Assembly: GCA_937136755.1 (NCBI GenBank)
Contig: CAKZOR010000137.1
Location: 5,032 to 69,031 of the forward strand
Direction: 5' to 3'
DNA length: 64,000 nt
From: an uncultured Flavobacteriaceae bacterium
GTDB taxonomy: Bacteria > Bacteroidota > Bacteroidia > Flavobacteriales > Flavobacteriaceae
This document shows, in pieces, positions 8,220 through 15,845 of the stretch. Under the pieces are notes generated by a model. The model saw nothing but the letters and a program-made list of their open reading frames with translations. It ran no database searches and was not told the DNA's origin. The position numbers and the translations under genes are program-made. The first letter of the stretch is position 1. The number at the start of each line of letters is the position of its first letter.

Positions 8220-9545
8220 CTATTTGGTTTCTTCTTTAGGGGTAGGTAGGTAATCAATCACAACTCTTTGGTTGGGCTTTAAATAAGCTTCTGCCACTTT
8301 TTGAATTTCCTCTCGGGTCACAGATCTGTAAATGTCAATCTCTTTATTGATTAAAGAGGTGTCTCCATAAAGCATGAAGTTTCTAGCCAATGAGTTGGCA
8401 ATTCCCTCTACACTTGAGTTTGAGTTTACAAATTGGTTTTCAAATTTGTTTTGAAGTTTTTGGTAATCACTTTCTGAAATTAGATCAGACCTCACAGCAG
8501 AAATTTCCGCCTCCATTTCACTGACTAGGGTCTCTAAGCTAACATCTCCAAGCGGCAGACCAAATACTAAATACATTCCGTAGTCTTCTTGACCCACATT
8601 AAAAGCGCCTACTTGAAGTGCTTGCTTTTGATCATCGACCATTTTTTTATAGAGTTTGGAGCTTTTCCCATCACTTAAATAGGAAGAAATCATATCTAAT
8701 ACATATGCCTCTCTAGTGGCAAAACCTGGTGTTCTATATGCTACCACCGCTGCAGGAATTTGAATATTATTGTCAAATGCTTGGGCTTTTATCTCCTCGG
8801 TGATTGGCGCTTCTTTTGGATAGTTTCTAACGACTTCTTTTCCAGTAGGAATTGGGCCAAAGTAGTCCTGAATCATTTTCTTTGTTTTGGCTACATCTAT
8901 ATCTCCTGCTACAACAAGCACAGCATTATTTGGTCCGTAGTAAGTATTTTTGTAGTCAATAAATTCTTCCAAAGTAGCCGCGTCTAAATCTTCCATGTAT
9001 CCAATATTTGGATCTTTGTAGGGATGTACTTTAAATAAGTTCTCTCCCACTACATTTAAAAGATTCCCATAAGGAGAATTGTCTACTCTAAGTCTTTTCT
9101 CCTCTTTAACTACTTCATTTTGAGTGTCTACACCTACTTGATCAATTACAGGGTGTAACATTCTTTCTGACTCTAACCAAAGACCTAACTCTAAATTGTT
9201 AGACGGAAAGACCTCGTAATAATACGTCCTGTCTTGAGAGGTATTGGCATTGTTCTTGCCTCCTCTGGAAGAAACAATGTCAAACCACTGACCTCTGTCT
9301 ATGTTTTCAGTTCCCTCAAACAATAAATGTTCGAAAAAATGGGCAAAACCAGTACGACCTTCACTTCTGTCTTTCCCACCTACATGGTACATGACAGATG
9401 TGGTCACTACAGGCGCACCATTGTCTTGATGTAAAATTACGTGAAGGCCATTGTCTAGGTCGTACTCTTCATACGCTACCTCTTGTCCTTGTACTGTAAA
9501 GGCAAGCATTCCCATGCAAAGCCCAACGAAAAGATTCTTTTTCAT
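8220..9545 (-). CDS. M16 (pitrilysin) family zinc peptidase, catalytic subunit
   Basis: Signal peptide; GFAHFFEHLLFEGT (HxxEH); NANTSQDRTYY. Confidence 0.93.
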   Translation of the reverse strand: MKKNLFVGLCMGMLAFTVQGQEVAYEEYDLDNGLHVILHQDNGAPVVTTSVMYHVGGKDRSEGRTGFAHFFEHLLFEGTENIDRGQWFDIVSSRGGKNNANTSQDRTYYYEVFPSNNLELGLWLESERMLHPVIDQVGVDTQNEVVKEEKRLRVDNSPYGNLLNVVGENLFKVHPYKDPNIGYMEDLDAATLEEFIDYKNTYYGPNNAVLVVAGDIDVAKTKKMIQDYFGPIPTGKEVVRNYPKEAPITEEIKAQAFDNNIQIPAAVVAYRTPGFATREAYVLDMISSYLSDGKSSKLYKKMVDDQKQALQVGAFNVGQEDYGMYLVFGLPLGDVSLETLVSEMEAEISAVRSDLISESDYQKLQNKFENQFVNSNSSVEGIANSLARNFMLYGDTSLINKEIDIYRSVTREEIQKVAEAYLKPNQRVVIDYLPTPKEETK

Positions 9546-9724
9546 ACTTCAATAGATTTATAATTAATTATAGGTGTATTAAAACCTAAAAATGTTACAC
9601 TAAGATAGGTCATTATGGTACTTAAAATGAAATTTGAGGTTCAAATTAAGATTATCGGTATCTTTTTACAGATTATCGGTCAATTATGTTTGAAATATTT
9701 CAGTTGTTTTCTTTAAAAAAAGGA

Positions 9725-9755
9725 TTTGCATATCAAATGAGAAAGCGTATATTTG
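9725..9755 (+). promoter_or_regulatory. canonical Bacteroidota promoter for rplU-rpmA
   Basis: TTTG (9725-9728), 19-nt spacer, TATATTTG (9748-9755). Confidence 0.85.
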
Positions 9756-9803
9756 CACCCGCCTAAACTTATTTGGGCGTTAATTAACTATTAATCATTA
9801 GCT

Positions 9804-10322
9804 ATGTACGCAATTGTAGAGATAGCAGGGCAGCAATTTAAAGTTGCAAAAGACCAGAAGGTTTTTGTTCATCGTTTGCCAGAAGCAGAAGGAGAGAAAG
9901 TTCATTTCTCTAACGTAATGCTTTTAGAAGACGGTAAAAACATTACCATTGGCGCCCCAGCTATAGAAGGAGCCACAGTAGAGGCCAAAGTAATTAAACA
10001 TTTTAAAGGAGACAAAGTAATTGTTTTCAAAAAGAAAAGAAGAAAAGGATACCGTGTTAAAAACGGTCACAGACAATACCTTTCTGAAATTGTAATTGAA
10101 GGGATTGTTGCTTCTGGTGCTAAAGCACCTGCTAAGAAAGCTGCAACTAAAGCTGCCAAACCAGCAGAAGCTAAACCAGCTGCTGCTAAGAAAGCTGCTC
10201 CAAAAGCTACGGAAGATTTATCTTCTAAGACGGTTGCAGAATTAAAAGAAATGGCAAAAGCTAAAGGTGTTGAAGGAATTTCAACAATGAAGAAAGCAGA
10301 TTTAATTGCTGCTTTAAGCTAA
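9804..10322 (+). CDS. rplU: 50S ribosomal protein L21 with an Ala/Lys linker and a C-terminal Rho_N-like domain
   Basis: MYAIVEIAGQQFKV...KVIVFKKKRRKGYRVKNGHRQ, followed by an extension ending DLSSKTVAELKEMAKAKGVEGISTMKKADLIAALS. Confidence 0.97.
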   Translation: MYAIVEIAGQQFKVAKDQKVFVHRLPEAEGEKVHFSNVMLLEDGKNITIGAPAIEGATVEAKVIKHFKGDKVIVFKKKRRKGYRVKNGHRQYLSEIVIEGIVASGAKAPAKKAATKAAKPAEAKPAAAKKAAPKATEDLSSKTVAELKEMAKAKGVEGISTMKKADLIAALS

Positions 10323-10348
10323 ATAATAAAGTTAAAAATAGATAGATC

Positions 10349-10609
10349 ATGGCACATAAAAAAGGTGTAGGTAGTTCTAAAAACGGTAGAGAATCAGAAT
10401 CAAAACGCTTAGGAGTTAAGATTTTTGGTGGCCAAGCTGCTATTGCAGGGAACATCATCGTGAGACAACGTGGAACAAAGCACAATCCAGGCGAAAATGT
10501 ATATGCTGGTAAAGACCATACATTACATGCAAGAGTAGACGGATTAGTGAAATTCACTAAAAAAGTAGACGGCAAGTCTTTTGTTTCTATTGAGCCATTC
10601 GAGGCTTAG
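10349..10609 (+). CDS. rpmA: 50S ribosomal protein L27
   Basis: [24 protein letters not shown]...IIVRQRGT. Confidence 0.99.
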   Translation: MAHKKGVGSSKNGRESESKRLGVKIFGGQAAIAGNIIVRQRGTKHNPGENVYAGKDHTLHARVDGLVKFTKKVDGKSFVSIEPFEA

Positions 10610-10632
10610 TAGTACGCTTTAAATAATAATTC

Positions 10633-10668
10633 AAATCCTATGTTGCTCACGCAGCATAGGATTTTTTT
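10633..10668 (+). terminator. intrinsic terminator of rplU-rpmA
   Basis: AAATCCTATGTTGC-TCAC-GCAGCATAGGATTT followed by a T-run. Confidence 0.85.
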
Positions 10669-10712
10669 GTCTCTACTATTCTTTAAAGTACACATCAATA
10701 TTATTGATGTAT

Positions 10713-10740
10713 AAAAAAACCCACCAATGGCGGGTTTTTT
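10713..10740 (-). terminator. intrinsic (possibly bidirectional) terminator of ahcY
   Basis: AAAAAAACCCACC-AAT-GGCGGGTTTTTT; the stem closes with a G-U pair on the minus strand. Confidence 0.8.
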
Positions 10741-10758
10741 ATGATTATGAAGTTGTAT

Positions 10759-12075
10759 TTAGTATCTGTAATACTCAGGTTTGAAAGGCCCCTGAACAGT
10801 TACCCCTATATAATCTGCTTGTTCTTCGTTGAGTGTTTCTAACTCTACTCCCAGTCTAGACAGGTGTAATGCAGCCACTTTTTCATCTAAATGCTTGGGG
10901 AGCATATACACTTTATTTTCATAGGCACTTGAATTGGTCCAAAGCTCTATTTGTGCCAATGTTTGGTTGGTAAATGAGTTGCTCATTACAAAACTTGGGT
11001 GTCCAGTAGCACAGCCTAAGTTTACCAATCTTCCTTCTGCCAACACAATGACGTTTTTGCCATTAAGGGTATACATATCTACTTGAGGCTTAATCTCCTC
11101 TTTTGTATTCCCGTGATTTTCATTGAGCCAAGCCATGTCTATTTCATTGTCAAAGTGGCCAATGTTACAAACAATAGCTTTGTCTTTTAATGCTTCAAAG
11201 TGTTCGCCTCTAATGATATCTTTGTTTCCAGTAGTGGTAATCACAATGTCTGCATTTCCAATAACAGAAGCCATTTTCTTTACTTCAAAACCATCCATAG
11301 CCGCCTGTAATGCACAAATAGGATCTATTTCAGTCACAGTTACTATTGAACCAGCACCTTTAAATGATGCAGCAGTTCCTTTTCCAACGTCTCCGTATCC
11401 TGCTACCACGACTCTTTTACCAGCAAGCATGGTATCTGTGGCACGTCTAATGGCGTCTACAGCAGATTCTCTACAGCCGTATTTATTGTCGAATTTAGAT
11501 TTGGTTACTGAGTCATTCACGTTTATGGCGGGCATAGGTAAGGTACCGTTTTTAACACGCTCATACAATCTATGCACTCCAGTGGTGGTTTCTTCTGACA
11601 AGCCCTTAATGGCTGCTGCTAAATCAGGGTATTGGTCTAGTACCATATTGGTTAAATCTCCACCGTCGTCTAAGATCATATTTAGTGGCTCGCGAGATTC
11701 CCCAAAGAAAAGGGTTTGCTCAATACACCAGTCAAATTCCTCTTCATTCATTCCTTTCCAGGCGTAAACCGCTATACCTGCTGCTGCAATAGCTGCAGCT
11801 GCGTGGTCTTGAGTAGAAAAAATATTACAAGAACTCCAAGTCACCTCTGCTCCTAGGGCTACTAAGGTTTCAATAAGTACCGCTGTTTGAATGGTCATGT
11901 GCAAGCAACCAGCAATCCTAGACCCTTTTAAAGGTTGAGAAGGTCCGTACTCCTCTCTCAAGGCCATTAGCCCAGGCATTTCTGCTTCTGCTAATGTAAT
12001 TTCTTTACGGCCCCAGTTGGCCAATCCAATATCTTTTACCTTATAAGGTACATAGGGTAGGGGATTTGCACTCAT
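10759..12075 (-). CDS. ahcY: adenosylhomocysteinase
   Basis: [70 protein letters not shown]. Confidence 0.99.
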   Translation of the reverse strand: MSANPLPYVPYKVKDIGLANWGRKEITLAEAEMPGLMALREEYGPSQPLKGSRIAGCLHMTIQTAVLIETLVALGAEVTWSSCNIFSTQDHAAAAIAAAGIAVYAWKGMNEEEFDWCIEQTLFFGESREPLNMILDDGGDLTNMVLDQYPDLAAAIKGLSEETTTGVHRLYERVKNGTLPMPAINVNDSVTKSKFDNKYGCRESAVDAIRRATDTMLAGKRVVVAGYGDVGKGTAASFKGAGSIVTVTEIDPICALQAAMDGFEVKKMASVIGNADIVITTTGNKDIIRGEHFEALKDKAIVCNIGHFDNEIDMAWLNENHGNTKEEIKPQVDMYTLNGKNVIVLAEGRLVNLGCATGHPSFVMSNSFTNQTLAQIELWTNSSAYENKVYMLPKHLDEKVAALHLSRLGVELETLNEEQADYIGVTVQGPFKPEYYRY

Positions 12076-12142
12076 AGTCTTTTTTTATTTTTACTTTCGT
12101 ATTATTATTAAGTTGCAAAGATACAACATAGCTCAGAATTAA

Positions 12143-12838
12143 ATGCCGCTCCAAAAGACAATTCCAATAGATTCAAATGGTATGGTATACCTGTGGGAGG
12201 TCACGGAATCTGAGCCTGCTTTGCAAACAGGTATTTCGCTAGCAGGGTACAGTAAAGACCGACTAGCTCATATGAAATCTGAACTGCACAGAAGGGCCTA
12301 TTTGAGTATTAGGCATTTGTTAAAAACAGCAGGTTACCAAGACAGTGATTTATGGTATGATTTGCATGGTAAGCCCCATCTTATAGACGGAAGTTTTGTC
12401 TCAATATCGCATTCTTTTACACAAACAGCCTTGGTAGTGCACAAAAATATACCGGTTGGTATAGATGTGGAGATGAAAAGAGAAAAGATACTTAGAATTG
12501 CACATAAATTTACCTCTTTTGTAAGGGAGCCTAATACAGACATCATAGCAGAAATTTCAAGACTTACCCATATTTGGGCTGCCAAAGAAACAATGTATAA
12601 AATAGCCGGCACCCCAGGCTTGAGTTTCTTTAAAGACATGTGTGTTTTTTGGTTGTTGAATCACTGGCTTATTGGTATTATTCAAACAGCAAAGCAGGAG
12701 ATTTTTTATGAAATGCACCCTTTTGAAATAGGTGATTTTGGAGGTGTTTGGGGGTTGGAAATTCAAAAGGCATCGGCCCGAGAGGGCCAATTAAAAGAGG
12801 CTTTCTTGGAAGCTAAAAAAAACGGAAGGGTCTATTAA
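12143..12838 (+). CDS. 4'-phosphopantetheinyl transferase (Sfp-type)
   Basis: GKPHL, SISHS, VGIDVE, WAAKETMYK. Confidence 0.88.
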   Translation: MPLQKTIPIDSNGMVYLWEVTESEPALQTGISLAGYSKDRLAHMKSELHRRAYLSIRHLLKTAGYQDSDLWYDLHGKPHLIDGSFVSISHSFTQTALVVHKNIPVGIDVEMKREKILRIAHKFTSFVREPNTDIIAEISRLTHIWAAKETMYKIAGTPGLSFFKDMCVFWLLNHWLIGIIQTAKQEIFYEMHPFEIGDFGGVWGLEIQKASAREGQLKEAFLEAKKNGRVY

Positions 12839-12855
12839 CAGATAAGTAGTGCTAA

Positions 12856-13485
12856 ATGAATGAGGTATTAGAATTTTTCTTTGGGGCTTATTTTGGGGTG
12901 TCCCCTCTTTTGGTGGGCTTGGAGATGACCGCAGTATTTTTAGGGGTGCTTTCTGTGTGGTTTGCCCATAAAGAGAATATACTGGTCTTTCCCACAGGTT
13001 TGGTGAGCACCGGTATTTTTGTTTATATTTTATGGGTATACGGTTTGCTCGGAGACATGCTGATAAATGGCTATTATACCGCAATGAGTATTTATGGGTG
13101 GTGGTTTTGGTGGTATAAAAAAACCGTGCGCCATGAGCCTCAAATATCACGAGTTTCCAGAAATGAATGGCGTAAAGCCGGATATTTATTTATGGGTGCT
13201 ATTTTGTTTGTGGTTGGGGTATATATGTCCTTTGATAGGTTTGGTGTATGGACGGCTTATGTAGACACTTTTACCACAGCCATATTCTTTGTTGCCATGT
13301 GGCTTATGGCTAAAAAGAAATGGGAGCACTGGCATTTTTGGATTGTAGGGAACCTGATTAGCATACCGCTTTATTGGTATAAAGGCCTTACCTTTACCGC
13401 CTTTCAATATATACTGTTTACTATTATTGCCCTACTCGGATACCAATCATGGAAGAAAAATTTAAGCAACAACCATCAAAATTGA
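12856..13485 (+). CDS. pnuC: PnuC-family nicotinamide riboside/vitamin transporter
   Basis: Multiple TM helices; SIYGWWFW, DTFTTAIFFVAMWLMAKKKWEHWHFWI. Confidence 0.92.
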   Translation: MNEVLEFFFGAYFGVSPLLVGLEMTAVFLGVLSVWFAHKENILVFPTGLVSTGIFVYILWVYGLLGDMLINGYYTAMSIYGWWFWWYKKTVRHEPQISRVSRNEWRKAGYLFMGAILFVVGVYMSFDRFGVWTAYVDTFTTAIFFVAMWLMAKKKWEHWHFWIVGNLISIPLYWYKGLTFTAFQYILFTIIALLGYQSWKKNLSNNHQN

Positions 13486-14015
13486 TCAAAGTAGTCCTTT
13501 TTGGTCCAGAATCTACGGGAAAAACGACCTTATCTGAACAATTGGCCAGACACTACAATACAGTTTGGGCGCCTGAGTATGCAAGAGAATATTTACAGGA
13601 TAAATGGAATGAAGAGCGCAAGACTTGTGAGCCTCAAGATCTTTTACCTATTGCAGCCGGACAGATTGCATTAGAAAATAAATTGGCCCAAAAAGCCACA
13701 GATTTATTAATTTGTGACACAGATTTGTTGGAGACCAAAGTATATTCTGAAGCCTATTATATTGGATACTGTGACCCTATACTTGAAAAATACGCATTGG
13801 AAAACACCTATGACTTGTATTTTCTAACTTATATAGATGTGCCTTGGGAGGCAGACGACCTTAGAGATAAACCCACTGCTAGGGAGGAAATGTTTGCCTA
13901 TTTCAAAGGCACCCTTGATAAATATAACCGTCCTTATGTCCTTTTAAAAGGCGATAAAAAAACCAGATTGGCTGCAGCAGTAGCACATATAGACGCTTTA
14001 CTAGCTAAAAAATGA
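13449..14015 (+). CDS. NadR-like ribosylnicotinamide kinase domain protein (AAA_28)
   Basis: Walker A GPESTGKTTL, PEYAREY, LICDTD, PWEADDLRD. Overlaps pnuC by 37 nt. No adenylyltransferase domain. Confidence 0.88.
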   Translation: MEEKFKQQPSKLIKVVLFGPESTGKTTLSEQLARHYNTVWAPEYAREYLQDKWNEERKTCEPQDLLPIAAGQIALENKLAQKATDLLICDTDLLETKVYSEAYYIGYCDPILEKYALENTYDLYFLTYIDVPWEADDLRDKPTAREEMFAYFKGTLDKYNRPYVLLKGDKKTRLAAAVAHIDALLAKK

Positions 14016-15550
14016 TTTGGACTGCTCAAGATATTCAACAATTTAAGGATCTCAATATCTCTGTAGATAAAGTTACAGAAGATTTAAAAACATTTAGAAG
14101 GGGTATTCCTAAACAAGCTTTAGAGAGAGCCGCTACTATCGGTGACGGAATCTTTGTATTAAAACCTAGGGAGGCGCGTAAATTAGCACAATTTTTTGAG
14201 GCGGCTCAAAACACCGTAAGTGCCGTTAAATTTGTACCTGCTTCAGGGGCGGCAACGCGAATGTTTAAGCCACTACTCTCATTTTTGGAGGCTAGTGAAG
14301 CGAAAGATTTTTCTTTTTCTGCTTACTTAAAAGCCCATGTAGAAGTATCTAATTTTATAAGGGAAGCCCATCATTTTCCTTTTCACGAAGCAGTTTTAAA
14401 GCAACTTCCTAAAGATTTCTCATTTGACGCTCCTGCTTCTGTAATTGCTTATCTCAAAGCTTTGCTAAAAAGTCCAGGACTTAATTTAGGGTCTAAGCCA
14501 AAGGCTTTATTGCCATTTCATAAAAATGAGGGGCAAACACCGCTGGTCATAGAAGAACATATTTTAGAAGCCTTGCATTACGCTAAAACGGAAGGAGAGG
14601 CGCAACTACATTTAACTATTTCTGAGCATCATTTAGATGCTTTTAACGCAGCCATAAAGGAGATCTCAGCTTCAGATAAATTTCGAGACTTAGGTCCATT
14701 TAATGTTCAGTTTTCGCATCAAAAGTCGGAGACAGACACATTGGTGGTTGGTTTGGACTTGCATCCGCTGAGAGATAAAGACGGACGTTTGGTATTTCAC
14801 CCAGCGGGTCATGGTGCTTTATTGGATAATTTGGGGACCTTAGAGGCCGACATTATTTTTACAAAAAATGTAGACAACGTATGCGCTCCCCACTTACTAG
14901 AGACCTCTTTACAGCATAAAAAAATATTGGGAGGTAAACTCTTGCAGGTGCAGCAACAAATGTTTGCTTATACCGAAGCCTTAGATTCAAACATGCGCTT
15001 AGATGCCACTGATTTGGCATTTATGGTCACTTATTTTAAGGAGACTTTTTCCAAAAACTTGCCGGAGTACTTTGAAGAAATGACGCTAGAAGAGCAGCGC
15101 GATTTCTTATTGGAGTTATTTCAAAGACCCATAAGGGTTTGTGGTATGGTGGAGAATGAAGGGAAAACAGGAGGCGGCCCATTTTGGATCAAGGACAGCT
15201 TAGGCCAAGAAAGCCTTCAGATTATTGAGGCCTCACAAGTAGCGGTTAAAGATCCAGAACAATTGGAAATATTTGAAGCGTCTACCCATTTTAACCCGGT
15301 AGATATTGTCTGTGGAATTAAAAACTACAAAGGAGAAACTTTTGACCTTTCCGCTTTTAACAATCCATCTACTGCTTTTATTGCCGAGAAGAACCGATTG
15401 GGCAAAAGGGTCAAAGTGTTAGAGCTACCTGGACTTTGGAATGGCGGCATGTGGGAATGGAATACCATTTTTATAGAAGTGCCCAAAGAAACCTTTACCC
15501 CTGTAAAAACGGTGTTAGATCTACTCGATTCAGGTCATATGCCTGACTAG
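14012..15550 (+). CDS. DUF4301 family protein
   Basis: KFVPASGAATRMFK, HPAGHGALL, KNVDNV, RPIRVCGMV, GGGPFW, THFNPVD, LELPGLWNGGM. ATGA overlap with the kinase gene. Confidence 0.88.
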   Translation: MIWTAQDIQQFKDLNISVDKVTEDLKTFRRGIPKQALERAATIGDGIFVLKPREARKLAQFFEAAQNTVSAVKFVPASGAATRMFKPLLSFLEASEAKDFSFSAYLKAHVEVSNFIREAHHFPFHEAVLKQLPKDFSFDAPASVIAYLKALLKSPGLNLGSKPKALLPFHKNEGQTPLVIEEHILEALHYAKTEGEAQLHLTISEHHLDAFNAAIKEISASDKFRDLGPFNVQFSHQKSETDTLVVGLDLHPLRDKDGRLVFHPAGHGALLDNLGTLEADIIFTKNVDNVCAPHLLETSLQHKKILGGKLLQVQQQMFAYTEALDSNMRLDATDLAFMVTYFKETFSKNLPEYFEEMTLEEQRDFLLELFQRPIRVCGMVENEGKTGGGPFWIKDSLGQESLQIIEASQVAVKDPEQLEIFEASTHFNPVDIVCGIKNYKGETFDLSAFNNPSTAFIAEKNRLGKRVKVLELPGLWNGGMWEWNTIFIEVPKETFTPVKTVLDLLDSGHMPD

Positions 15551-15613
15551 GCGCTCAGTGAAACACCAACTGATATTTCTTTAAAAAAGATTGTACCCTA
15601 AGGAATTGCCCCC

Positions 15614-15621
15614 TATCTTTG
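15614..15621 (+). promoter_or_regulatory. -7 promoter element (TATCTTTG) of the riboswitch-led TonB receptor
   Basis: TAnnTTTG directly upstream of the aptamer. Confidence 0.8.
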
Positions 15622-15625
15622 CTTT

Positions 15626-15708
15626 GTCTCAAAGGGGTGCAAACTTCATTTATTGAATAAGCTGAGATTATACCCATGGAACCTGGGCGGGTAATGCTGC
15701 CAAGGGAC
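15626..15708 (+). ncRNA. TPP (thiamine pyrophosphate) riboswitch aptamer
   Basis: GGGGTGC...GCTGAGATTATACCC...GAACCTG...GGTAATGC...AAGGGA signature; P1 GTCTC (15626-30) pairs with GGGAC (15704-08). Confidence 0.92.
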
Positions 15709-15845
15709 TGCTTAAAAGCTACTATTGTTTTTTATTTGCGCATTTATTTTGGTCAAATAAGTTCAATCTGTCTGTTTTAAGCGACCATTTCACTGAATTT
15801 TAACCAGAATAACAGCCCCTTTTATTCGTACTAATTTTATTACGA

